DNA from: Raja brachyura
Lineage: Eukaryota
Direction of reading: 5' to 3'
Length of the DNA stretch: 64,000 nt
NCBI GenBank assembly: GCA_963514005.1
Contig: OY740788.1
Coordinates: forward strand, 31,744,001-31,808,000
The notes under the pieces were generated by a model, which had not been told where the DNA came from, did no database searches, and saw only the letters and a list, made by a program, of their open reading frames with translations. Made by a program: the position numbers and the translations under genes. Positions 12,719-24,176 of this stretch are shown here, one piece after another (the stretch's first letter is position 1; each line of letters opens with the position of its first letter).

Positions 12719-14523
12719 TTGATATTACAGGATGATGGAGGGGAAAGGAAAGCTTTCCAAAAGCGGCCAACATCCTCGGAGCTGCCCGAAACACCGGCCG
12801 CACCCGTGTTACGGCCGGGGAAAAAGATGCAGAAGTCAGTGAGCCCTATGGAGTCGGCAGGGACCGACTCGCCTCCATTTCAAGTTGGATGGGATTCCGC
12901 ACAGGAGCAGGGCAGTGGAGACCCGGACTTCATCCCACCATCGCCCAAAGTTAGGGCTGGTGGGAAAAAGGTACACACTAATGTGCCTCGCATGTCGGCG
13001 AGTGCCTCTTCCATTTCACAGGTCCCTAGAGGGCAGACCCAGGGAAGAGCCGTGCTGAAGTCGAGCCCCGCTGCTGCGGTGGGCGTCGACAAGCCGCAGG
13101 GGAAACCTGCTAGATTGCAGGCCGGCGGCAGTACTGCTGGAGCGTCGGGATACCCTGCAGGAGCAGGAAATACTGGCATTCCACCGGAACAGGCTGCTGG
13201 AGCGCAGTTTTCGGCTAGGCACCCCCGTTGCGATGGGTAAAGCCGGCTATGCGCCGTCACGGACCCGTGTGGTTAAGGGTGACAGCAAGCCTGCATGGAC
13301 AGCGGAGCCGGTAATGGGGACCGGTACAGATTTATTCCCTCTGCCTTCCCACCAGGCAGAGGTGCCGCTTAGGTCCAAACGACGGCGGACTGGCGGTATG
13401 TCCGTGCAGGAGTCGTACAGCCCCGCAGGAGCGGCTGCTGACGACGACCTACCAGTGCACTTCGTGGAGGTGCGACCTACTGGTAGAAGCCCCAGTGTCT
13501 CTGGAGAGCCTGGGGAAATCGGCCTGTTGTCCGTGTGCAGCGGCGGTCGCATGGCCAGAATGGAGCAGATGGTGGAGGTGTTGTACCAACGGGATCTGGA
13601 ACGGCAAGAACGGGAGTCTCTAAGGTCTGGGAGCCAGATCAGGCCGTCGCTTTCGATTTCACTGTCGTCTGTTACCAGCAGACAAAGTCAACATATGGGT
13701 GATTTTGAAGACGTAGCGGCAGGAGACGAGCCCGCTGCTCCAGATTCCGAAGAAATGCTGGAGGCAGTCGCTAAGTTTGGGAAGCCAACGAGTGCAGGGG
13801 AACCTCTGCATCCCAAACTTGCGGCAAGTATTAACTTTTTAACGACTCACCAGCTCCAAGATCAGGCGGTCGCTGAGACCATGGAAAAGTATAAGGCTCC
13901 AGCAAATTGTATCTCCCTCATGTGCCCAAAGTCAATTTGCCGATCTGGGGGAACATCAGTAACAACACCAGGACACGGGAGGGTAAGCTTCAGAGGATCC
14001 TGAAGCTACTAACATCGGGTATCACGGCGTTCGCTAGGACCCTTGATGGAGCGGATATGTCTGAAGAACAACAGGATGCACTAGCCCTCCTGTGCAATAC
14101 GCAATTCGAAATCAATTGCTTCCGCAAAAGCTCCATTTGGCCCAACCTCAACCCAAAGTTTGCTGGGTTGTGTCGCACCTCCACCACACCACCACCAAGA
14201 CAGCTGTTTGGGGAGGACCTGCCGAAGCAGGTCAAAGATTTAGACGAAGAAGCCAAAACAGTGGGGCTCATGAAGTCGCCTTCGTCTTCAAGAGGCCAGC
14301 CTTACCAAAGGCAGCAGCCTTATCCCCCCCCTCTAAGCCGATGGGGCAGCCGGATAGATATCAGAGAACCTATCCGCCACGAACATATCGACCTCCGGCT
14401 CCCCAACAGCAACAGTCTTTTTTAGGGCAGGGCCCTCCGAAGCCCGCATGGAAGATGCGGCAACAGACTTACACGACAGCACAAAGACCACAAAAGCCCC
14501 AACATCCCAGACCCCGGCGTTAA
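12719..14523 (+). pseudogene. DIRS ORF1 (gag-like), frameshifted
   Basis: Overlapping ORF pieces (13233-14003, 13907-14425, 14092-14523) upstream of RT, with PANC..VPKVNLPIW and QLFGEDLPKQVKDL segments typical of DIRS ORF1. Confidence 0.7.
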
Positions 14524-15569
14524 CCATGGAGGTAAGGGGGTTTGGTTCTTTCCAGAAAGTAGCAGTTGTAACTTCACAGGTTGGAGGACGGATGCGGGAG
14601 TTGTGGGGTGCATGGGGAGCGGTAACTTCAGACCCTTTTATTCTACAAAGTATTCATGGTTATGTAATAGAGTTTATTAAGGATAAAATTCCCCCTACGC
14701 AGCATGTACCTCATCGCAAGTTTACGCTCTCTCAAAAAGAGATGGAGGCAGGACATGCAGAAATTTTAAGATTAGAAGCTAAAGGGGTGATAGAGAAAAC
14801 GACACATGAACCATTAGAGTTTGTGTCCAACATCTTTACAAGAGCTAAAAACGATGGTGGATGTCATATTATCATTGACCTAACCCATTTGAATACTTTT
14901 GTACAATATACCCATTTAAAAATGGAGACGTTTGAGACGGCTAAACAATTAGTTAGCCGAGGGTGCTTTATTGCCTGCATTGATTTGAAAGATGCATACT
15001 ATACAGTCCCTATCATAGAACATCACAGGAAATTCTTGAAATTTGTCTGGAAGGATCAATTGTGGCAATACAGAGCTTTACCCAATGGGACTACAGCAGC
15101 GCCTAGGCTGTTTACAAAAATTATTAAACCTATTCTGGCATGCCTCAGGAAACAAAATCATATCGTCATGGCATATTTGGACGATATATTAATAGTGGGG
15201 AAAACTTTAGAATTGGCTCAGCTGGCAGTTGCAGCTACCATATCATTATTTGAGAAGTTAGGGTTTGTCATCCATCCAGCCAAATCTAAATTCAATCCAT
15301 TACAGGTCATGGATTATTTGGGATTCACTATTAACACCAATCAGATGATTGTCACTATCCCAGCTGGTAAAGTAGCTGATATTCAAGAAACATGCAACAG
15401 CCTTGCTTGCGCTAGGGTGCTGACTATTAGACATGCTGCTAAGGTAATTGGGAAACTTGTAGATGCATTTCCAGCTGCACAATTTGGACCATTACATTAT
15501 CAAAATTTACAAAGAGCAAAAATTTCAGCATTAAAATCAAATGCAGCTGCCGATCAAGGCAAAAATTGA
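14448..15569 (+). pseudogene. DIRS reverse transcriptase
   Basis: Motifs IDLKDAYY, ALPNGTTAAPRLFTK, MAYLDDILI, K..FNP...DYLGF. Confidence 0.93.
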
Positions 15570-16434
15570 GCTAAGATGGTGGACTAACAATATTAGTGAC
15601 TGTTATAAACCCATCATTGTCTCCAACCCATCAGTCGTGTTACAAACCGTCGCAAGCGCCCAAGGTTGGGGAGTGACTGACACAGTGTCTAGTTGTGGTG
15701 GCAGATGGGATGCTCATGAGTTTACTCTTCTATAGTCACAAGGGATAAACTATTTGGAGATGCTAGGTGTTTTCCATGGGCTATGGGCATATTGCACAAA
15801 CTTACATCATATACATGTCCATCTTCAAATAGATAATACCACGGAGGTAGCCTACATAAATCATATGGGTGGTATCAGGTCAGTATCTTGTGATGAGTTA
15901 GTCAACACAATTTGGCTCTGGTGTATTGAAAGGAATATTTGGACATCAGCAACCTATCTTCCAGGGAAGCTTAATACGGTGGCGGACAACAGGTCACGAG
16001 TATTCAATGATAACATCGAGTGGAAATTGAATCCGCAAATATTTACTGAAATAATAGCTAAGTTCGGTACACCAGATATTGACCTTTTTGCGTCTAGGTT
16101 GAACCATCAGATACCAACATATGTGTCTTGGGAACCAGACCCTGAGGCATTAGCAATAGATGCATTTTCTCTCCATTGGGGGAAATGGTTCTGCAACGCA
16201 TTTCCCCCATTCTGCCTCATCAGTCGGGTATTGCAGAAAATCAAGTTGGATGCTGCTTCAGGTATACTGATCATACCCGACTGGCCTATTCAACCATGGT
16301 ACCCGGTGGTCCTCCAGATGGTAAACATTCCATGGGTGCAAATTTCGAAAAGCCCTAATTTGGTTACTAACCCCATTACTGGGGAAATTCATCCGTGTCA
16401 TGGTCACTTAAACCTGTTGGCTTGCAGGTTCTAA
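15541..16434 (+). pseudogene. DIRS RNase H plus DNA N6-adenine methyltransferase-like domain (frameshift and stop)
   Basis: RH motifs LQTVAS..GWG (catalytic D appears mutated), NYLEM, QIDNTT, N..AD. MT motifs DIDLFASRLN, DAFSLHW, AFPPF, IIPDWP.QPWYP. Confidence 0.88.
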
Positions 16435-16469
16435 GGAGACCACTTCTGGAGTCTGGGATTTTACCGAGG

Positions 16470-17371
16470 GCTATGGATCTAATCACAGCATCGTGCAGAG
16501 TATCTACAAGGAAGCAGTATCTCACCCAGGTCTGGAAATGGGAATCATACTGCACACGGACTAACACGACATAGAACTCTGCTACGATTCCTGATGTCCT
16601 GGAATTCCTGGCGGGCCTTCATTACGATGAGGGTCTCAGCTACAGTGCCATCAATAGTGCAAGGAGCGCGCTGTCCTCATACCTCAACATAGCTGTGGGG
16701 TCAAACCAGCTGGTGTCTAAATTCATGAGGGGAGTGTTTAATACCAACCCTCCATGACCCAGATATAACATCACATGGGATGTAGGGGTGGTATTGACCC
16801 TACTGAGAAGCTGGTCTCCTATGGCAGGCTCACCCTCAAAGTGGTAATGTTGATGGCACTAACAACGACACAGCGGGTGCAGACCTTACAGAAACTGCTT
16901 CTCAACAGGATGGTCTCTGCCCCTCAAAAAGTAACCTTCTTTGTCGAAGAGTTACTTAAGCAGCATAGACCAGGATCTACAGGGCTGCAGCTGGAATTCC
17001 GAGTGTGTATCCCACTGACGCCACCCTCTGCATAGTCACCCATCTTCGGTATATCAAGAATACAAGTACCATTAGGAAGATGGAGCAGGGGCGACTCATC
17101 AGCCACAAGAAACCACATCACCGGGTGACTGTCGACTATCGCCAGGTGGCTCAGGGAGGAGTTGGATGCAGCAGGTATAGATACTAACATTTTAAAATCT
17201 CATTCTACCAGGGCTGCATCCACATCAGCGGCGAGGACCATGGAGGTGCCCATGGATCATGTCTTCGCTAACGCGGGATGGGCCAGTGAAACCACTTTTC
17301 AGAGGTTCTACAATAAGCCGGTGGCCACCCCCGCAACGTTTGCGGAAGCTGTGCTGAGAGCTGCTCCGTAA
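16470..17371 (+). pseudogene. DIRS tyrosine recombinase (disrupted)
   Basis: LMALTTTQRVQTL (catalytic R), KSHSTRAASTSAA (HxxR), AGWASETTFQRFYNK (W and catalytic Y); several stops and frameshifts. Confidence 0.9.
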
Positions 17372-17536
17372 TTTAATTTGTCCCCGAGTTAGGGGTTTTA
17401 TTATTTGTGTTAATAAACATTCATTTACTTTTCAGCCTGTCCAGTCTGAAATGTATTAACAAACTTCCTCCATCAGTATTGCGGCAGTGTGACAGCATGG
17501 ACGTGGTCCAGGGCGTGAAATCACAGAGCTTTGAAA

Positions 17537-17649
17537 TCTTCACAAAGTCACTCACATGACTCCGAAGTAAAATAGTAATATTAAACAAGAACTTACCAGT
17601 TTGAAGTTTTATTTTTATTTTATGAGGAGTTGCGATGAGGGATTTCGTG
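17537..17649 (+). other. DIRS internal complementary region (ICR)
   Basis: 17537-17572 is complementary to the left element end. 17573-17649 is complementary to the right terminal extension (17782-17860). Junction gaagtaaaa|tagtaa. Confidence 0.92.
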
Positions 17650-17996
17650 CCCTCCACTCCCAGCCCTCTATCATAAGTTCAACTGGTGTAGTCAAGTTTT
17701 AATCTTACTATCTTTAGTCTTGTGATCTGTGATTCCACACCGCTGCTTTGAAGAATGTCGCGCATGCGTGCTGGCGGGGTCTTCACGAAATCCCTCATCG
17801 CAGCTCCTCATAAAATAAAGATCAAACTTCAAACTGGTAAGTTCTTGTTTAATCTTACTAGTATGGAGGAGTGAAGGAACTGCCCAAGATCCAAAGCATA
17901 CCACCTCATCTGTGAAACACGGAGGTGGGGGTGTTATGGCCCAGGCATGCATGGCTGCTGAAATAACTGGCTCACTTACCTTCATTGATGATACAA

Positions 17997-19449
17997 GTAA
18001 GTAGGTTTATTGGCCAAGTATTCACATACAAGGAATTTGCCTTGGTGCTCCGCCCACAAGTAACAACATGACATTTTGTCATGACAAGTGGCACTTACGA
18101 AAGACTCCGAAAACACTAAACATTAATAATAATAAAAGATTAATGATAACACACCATTGATCAAGCATGTGAACCAACAAAATACCCGATCAAAGGGAGG
18201 CTACAGATTTGTAGCTGTTGACTAGAGCAACTACTCGTGGATAAAAACTGTTTTTATGTCTGGCTGTGGCAGCTTTGACAGTCCGGAGTTGCCTTCCAGA
18301 GGGAAGTGATTCAAAGAGTTTGTGGCCAGGGTGAGAGGGGTCAGAGATGATCTTGCCCTCTCACTTCCTGGCCCTTGCAGTGTACAGTTCATCAATGGAG
18401 GGAAGGTGCAGCCAATAATCTTCTCTGCTGATCGGACGATTCGCTGCAGGCTCCAGGTGTTGTGCTTGGTGGCTGAGCCAAACCAAACCATGATGGAGAA
18501 GGTGAGAACAGACTTTACGATGGCCGTGTAGAATTGGACCATCATTGCCTGTGGCAGATTGTGCCGCAGGAAGTATATCCTCTGCTGTGCCTTTGACTGT
18601 GGAGTCAATGGTAGCCCCCGACTTAAGGTCCTTGGAGATGATGGTTCCCAGGAACCTAAAAGACTCAACAGATGTGACTGTGGTGTTGTTGATGGTGAGG
18701 GGGGTGAAGGGAGGAGGAGCTCTCCTAAAGTCTACAATCAATTCCACTGTCTTAAGCACATTGAGCTCTAGGCTGTTGCTACGACAGCAGGACGCCAGCT
18801 GTGACACTTCCTGTCTGTAGGCAGATTCCTCCCCATCCTGGATCAGTCCAATCAGGGTTGTGTCGTCCACAAACTTGAGAAGCTTGACAGAGGTGTCTGT
18901 GGAGGTGCAGTCGTTGGTGTAGAGAGAGTAGAGGGGAGGAGAGAGCACACAGCCTTGTGGTGCTCCTATGCTGAGTGTTTGCAGGTCCGAGATGTACTTT
19001 CCCAGCCTCACATGCTGCTTCCTGTCTGTCAGGAAGTTGGTGATCCACTGACAGAGGGGTTCAGGCACAGTCAACTCGGAAAGTTTGAAATGTAGTAGCT
19101 CTGGCACAATGGTGTTGAATGCAGAGCTAAAAACAACAAAACAGGATCCTTGCATAGGTCCCCTGGCGGTCTAAGTGCTGTAGGATGAGGTGCAGGCTCA
19201 GGTTGACTGTATCATCCACAGATCTATTGGCCCGATATGCAAATGGCAGAGGGTCCAGCAAGGAGTTTGTGATATTTTTCAGTTTGGCCAGCACAAGCCT
19301 TTCGAGTGTCTTCATGATTACAGAGGTCAGTACAAGAGGCCTGTAGTCATTAAGACAAGTAATCTTTGCCTTTTTGGGTACAGTGACAATAGTGGAGACT
19401 TTGAAGCAGGCAGGGACAGTACATGTTTGCAGGGACTGGTTAAAAATGT
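17997..19449 (-). mobile_element. Rex1/Babar-clade LINE, 5'-truncated, inserted in Tc1
   Basis: Minus-strand RT fragments PACFK.STIV.VPKK, NDYRP..LTS, GAPQGCVLSP, KFVDDTTLIGLI; 3' end aataaacctacttac. Tc1 sequence gatgatacaa|ctgctgatgg is restored on removal. Confidence 0.9.
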
Positions 19450-20041
19450 CTGCTGATGGTAGTAGCATAATGAATTCTGAAGTGTATAGACACATCCTAT
19501 TTGCTCAAGTTCAAACAAATGCCTCAAAACTCATTGGCCGGCAGTTCATTCCACAGCAAGACAATGATCCCAAACATACTGCTAAAGCAACAAAAGAGTT
19601 TTTCAAAGTGAAAAAATTATAAATTCTTGAGGGGTAAGTCAATCACCCGATCCAAACCCAATTGAGCATGCCTTTTATATGCTGAAGAAAAAACTGAAGG
19701 GGACTAGCCCCCATAAGTTAAAGGTGGCTGCAATACAGGCCTGGAAGAGCATCACCAGAGAAGACATCCAGCAACTGTTGATGTCCATGAATCTCAGACT
19801 TCCAGCTGTCATTGCTTGCAAAGGATATGCAACAAAATACAAAACATGACTATTTCATTCACATGACATTGCTATGTCCAAACATTATGGTGCCCTGAAA
19901 TGGGGGGACTATGTATAAACACTGATGTAATTTCTATATGATGAAACCAAAATTTATTAAAATGGCCTTTATTAAAATCTGACAATGTGCACTTTAACCA
20001 CATGTGATTTTTTTCTATTACAAATCTCAAATTGTGGAGTA

Positions 20042-20683
20042 ACCATATAACCATATAACAATTACAGCACGGAAACAGGCCATCTCGGCCCTTCAAGTCC
20101 GTGCCGAACAACTTTTTTCCCTTAGTCCCACCTGCCTGCACTCATACCATAACCCTCCATACCCTTCTCATCCATATGCCTATCCAATTTATTTTTAAAT
20201 GATACCAATGAACCTGCCGCCACCACTTCCACTGGAAGCTCATTCCACACCGCTACCACTCTCTGAGTAAAGAAGTTCCCCCTCATGTTACCCCTAAACC
20301 CCTGTCCCTTAATTCTAAAGTCATGTCCTCTTGTTTGAATCTTCCCTATTCTCAAAGGGAAAAGCTTGTCCACATTAACTCTGTCTATCCCTCTCATCAT
20401 TTTAAAGACCTCTATCAAGTCCCCCCTTAACCTTCTGCGCTCCAGAGAATAAAGACCTAACTTATTCAACCTATCTCTGTAACTTAGCTGTTGAAACCCA
20501 GGCAACATTCTAGTAAATCTCCTCTGTACCCTCTCTATTTTGTTGACATCCTTCCTATAATTGGGCGACCAAAATTGTGCACCATACTCCAGATTTGGTC
20601 TCACCAACGCCTTGTACAATTTTAACATTACATCCCAGCTTCTATACTCAATGCTCTGATTTATAAAGGCTAGCATACCAAAA
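20042..20683 (-). mobile_element. CR1-clade LINE 3' fragment inserted in the Tc1 right TIR
   Basis: Open ORF end LYKALVRPNLEY..QFWSP, RRRLRGDLIEVFK, FFTQRVVAVWN; (ATATGGTT)2 tail; GAGTA duplicated at 20037-20041 and 20684-20688. Confidence 0.93.
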
Positions 20684-21335
20684 GAGTACAGAGGCAAATA
20701 AATAAATGATGGGTCTTTGTCCCAAACATTATGGAGGGCATTGTACATTACTGAAATTTCACATTCAATTACATAGTTGTCCCACTTAATGAAACTAAAT
20801 TAAACCCTTTAGTACTATTTAAGCTTAAAACAAGGGTTTTGTTTTCATCATCAGGAACAGCAAGCTATTTTAATCAGTTTTGGACATAATACAGATTTTA
20901 TGGTAATACCTGACGACTTTGGACATCGAGGACTGTAAGTTCTCACAACAATGTGGAGAGAAGAACGTGAAACATTTCACAATGCACATCAATTATCTTA
21001 CTGTGCCTTAGAGTTAAAGCTATTAACGGCTGTAATTAACTTCATTCCTCACGTCCAAACTAATCAAGTGTTTGAGGTATTCCAGGCATTCTCTCAGGGT
21101 GTAGATTAGTAACAGATGGCAAATGCCACTAAGTACAAAGCTATAGATAACATGTGATATGCAACCTTAGTTCAAATCAATCATTCTAACCATATATTCA
21201 AATACAGGTTGTGTAGAATGCCCATGGTTTAATTCACAGTAGCAAGCCAAGAAGTAAATCAAAAAGATATGCATAATAGACTCAGATTTCTACACAACAC
21301 CACAAAACCTTTTTACTTCTGATAACGTATCTGAC

Positions 21336-22172
21336 GACGAGTCACAGATGGGGATGAGTCAGAGTATAGAAGTGAGATCAACCAACTGACGCCAGCACAA
21401 CAACCTGGCTCTCAACATCAGTAAGACCAAGGAACTGATTGTGGACTTTAGTAGGGGAAGGATGAGGACCCACAATCCTGTTTATATCAACGGGACGATG
21501 GTGGAGAGGGTCAATAACTTCAAATTCCTGGGCATGCATATATCAGAAGATTTTTCCTGGACCCAGCACACCGATCCAATTGTAAAGAAGGCACATCAGC
21601 GAGTCTACTTCCTGAGAAGATTATGGAGATTCAGCATGTCTCCTAAACTTATGCAGGTGCAAGGTAGAGAGCATTCTGACTGGTTGCATTGTGGCCTGGT
21701 TCGGCAACTTGAATGTCCAGGAGCGAAAAAGACTACAAAAAGTTGTGACCACTGCCTAGTCCATCACCGGCTTTGACCTCCCCACCGTCGAAGGGATCTA
21801 TCGTATTCGCTGCCTCAAAAAGGCAGCCAAAATCATCAAGGACCCACACCATGCTGGCCACACACTTATCTCACCACGGCCATCAGGAAGAAGGTACAGG
21901 AGCCTGAAAACTGTAACATCCAGGTTCAGGAACAGCTGCTTCCACACAGCCGTCAGGCTATTAAACACAATGAATAAGCTATGAGCTCTGAACAGCAAAA
22001 GACTACATTATTATTTGTTATTTGCACTATATTTGTTGAACTTCTCCCTCCCCCCCCCCCCCCCCTCCCCCCTTTATATACAATGTTTACATATTCACAT
22101 ATTCTGTCGTGCTGCAGCAAGTAAGAATTTCATTGTCCCGTCCAGGACATATGACAATAAAACAGTCTCGAC
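21336..22172 (+). mobile_element. Rex1/Babar LINE 3' fragment
   Basis: ORF 21441-21776 (KTKELIVDF upstream, VERVNNFKFLG, KKAHQRVYFLRRL); 3' UTR ending gacaataaaacagtctcgact. Confidence 0.85.
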
Positions 22173-22521
22173 ACTAGCACATCCAAAGTCACATTTTCAT
22201 ACAATTTGTGCTTTATGCTTATCTTTGAAAGGTTAAATAAACATTTTTAAGCAATTATTTTCACAAAGGTAAAAGCAATTGAAAACTTTCCAGTTAATTT
22301 ATCATAATATTTCAAATACAAAATATACACAAATATTTCTGTCATTGCTCTGGCTATTTTTAAACAATTAACTAAGCATTAACCAATAATTCTAAAAGGA
22401 GAATTTACTCCAAAACAACACAGACTTTTATTTGTCACTGTCATATAGCAATGATATTTTCAATTAATCAGAAGTGTAAGGCACTGGGACACTTATGGCT
22501 AAAATAACCAGGAAGCAATGT

Positions 22522-22591
22522 GAAGGAAGGAACTACAGATGCTGGTTCAATCCGAAGATAGACACAAAAAGTTGGAGCTTTTTGTGTCTAC
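22522..22591 (-). mobile_element. Mini fold-back Penelope pLTR insertion with 14-bp TSD
   Basis: aggaactacagatgctgg...tagacacaaaaag/ctttttgtgtcta; flanked by CCAGGAAGCAATGT at 22508-22521 and 22592-22605. Confidence 0.8.
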
Positions 22592-22879
22592 CCAGGAAGC
22601 AATGTTACCAGCAGGCAATGAACTAGTCTAAATTTTGTTTTAACACATAAAACAAAATGTGCAATTGATGATAAAACATTTATTAAAAGGGAACATAACC
22701 AAGAAAGCAGTTGAAAGTGTGATGCTCATTTCAAAGAGATTATTATAAATGTTAAAAATGGATGAAACATTCCATTCCAATAGCTAGAAGAATACATAAT
22801 AAAAATAACATGAATTCTTATATAGGCATTCCCCGACTAACATAGAAGGCGAGTTATGTAAATACACACACGTAAATAG

Positions 22880-23620
22880 TTATTGCAACGGGGGAGGATG
22901 CGGGCTTGCCTCTTGCATCATAGATATAAAAGTGTCGCCCGGGCTTGTTGCTCTTCCAGTTTCGATCACTGTTGGTGCGACACTGGGAGGACGAGCGAGA
23001 ACAAGGGAGGGGGAGGATTGCAACTCAAACCAATTCGCTGACCTCTTTCACGAGGTGCACCAGCAAGCCCTTCTTCACCAGCCGCCACACCGCCCGGTTG
23101 CCACGGCTGTTGTGGCCGCTAACGTTGTAGTCCCTGGGGACAGTGCTTACTTCAGGCCAGCTGCCGCTTCTTCCTGTCGGCCGTGAGCATTAAACGTTCA
23201 CCCCTCCCCCGCCACCTCCTCCTTCTCTCCCACAGTTGCCGGCATCTTCCACCTTAGACATCAAGGGAGAAAGTTGAGGCGGCAACAGCAGTGGAGGGGG
23301 AGGATTGCAACTCAAACCAATTCGCTGACCTCTTTCACGAGGTGCACCAGCAAGCCCTTATTCACCAGCCGCCACACCGCCCGGTTGCCACGGCTGTTGT
23401 GGCCGCTAACGTTGTAGTCCGTAATGGACAAACCGACTGCTGACAGGAAGGAGCAGCAGCTGGTGAGAGGGGAGGGAACCCCACGGTGACCGAGAGCGTC
23501 CTGTCAGCGGAGGCAAACTTTAGAAAGCGCTGTGGGCCGGGGGCTTCAACATCAGCCAGAACAGCCATGTCAACCGGAGAATGTGGCAGCTGGTGAAGAA
23601 GAGCTTGTTGGTGCAGACTA
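22880..23620. repeat. GC-rich unclassified element with ~127-bp direct duplication and partial inverted copy
   Basis: ggagggggaggattgcaactcaaacc...gttgtagtcc at ~23005-23132 and ~23293-23420; inverted diverged copy at ~23562-23615. Confidence 0.6.
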
Positions 23621-23649
23621 GAGGTACTGGTGTCTAGATTTAAGTTGAA

Positions 23650-23802
23650 ACGACACAAAGTGCTGGATTAATTTAGCAGACCGAATAAATCTTAAGTAGT
23701 CTTGACACACACTACGCCAACACCATGTTCTCCAGATATGCTGCCTGACCTGCCCTATGTCCTTTTGTGCATTAACCAGCATCTGCAGTTCTTTGTTTCT
23801 AC
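23650..23802 (+). mobile_element. Penelope pLTR-derived fragment
   Basis: gacacaaagtgctgga...ctccagatatgctgcctgacc...accagcatctgcagttctt. Confidence 0.65.
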
Positions 23803-24033
23803 CTACTTTTAAAGCGATTCCTACTTGCATAAAATCCAGCTGGCATAAGGAACATTTAAAAAATTAATTGCATGATTTTGATTGTAAGTTACTAGTTCTA
23901 GCCAAATATATACAAATACAAATTAGGAGGAGGAAGCATCTGGGCAGCTTGTTTGTGAATATTGAGGGTAGCGAATGGACGTAACTAACTTACATTCAAC
24001 CACTCCTTCCCTTATTACATTTTTATTTATTTA

Positions 24034-24176
24034 CTAGACCGTGGGACCCATTGGGCCCCGTTCCCCACCACTCTCCCATAGCCCCTACGGGAGGCCTGGT
24101 CGTCCAACGCAACCCGTTACCACAACGCAATAATCCACCACTCACCCATAGCCCCCACGGGAAACCTGGTCCCCCA
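24034..24176 (-). mobile_element. Helitron-like 3' terminus and fragment
   Basis: Minus strand ends ggggcccaatgggtccc (hairpin) acggtCTAG|T, the canonical Helitron 3' signature; internal ~78-bp repeat ccaccactc.cccatagcccc.acggga. Confidence 0.6.

Larger units (their letters stand above)
12533..17860 (+). mobile_element. Full-length DIRS1-type tyrosine-recombinase retrotransposon (decayed ORFs)
   Basis: Inverted terminal repeats (cgtgaagaccccgccagcacgcatgc / gcatgcgtgctggcggggtcttcacg), ICR at 17537-17649, gag-RT-RH-MT-YR order, no TSD. Confidence 0.96.
11697..20743 (+). mobile_element. Tc1 (DD34E, IR/DR-type TIR) transposon interrupted by three nested insertions
   Basis: TA-flanked TIR ends CAATGCCCTCCATAATGTTTGGGACA (11697) and TGTCCCAAACATTATGGAGGGCATTG (20743). 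Host segments 11697-12532, 17861-17996, 19450-20041 and 20684-20743 rejoin colinearly with the copy at 40423. Confidence 0.97.

Noticed and set aside
15960-17371. Methyltransferase plus integrase as prophage or bacterial restriction-modification transfer
   Set aside because: Both are standard DIRS1 domains lying between the element's ITRs.
19127-20748. ORFs 19127-19495, 19374-19622 and 20122-20748 as novel fusion proteins
   Set aside because: They cross Tc1/LINE insertion junctions by chance.
21003-21010. miR-124-type seed (TAAGGCAC on the minus strand) in the 51-bp doublet as a miRNA gene
   Set aside because: The rest does not match miR-124, the other copy has TGAGGCAC, and the stem is too short and branched for a pre-miRNA.
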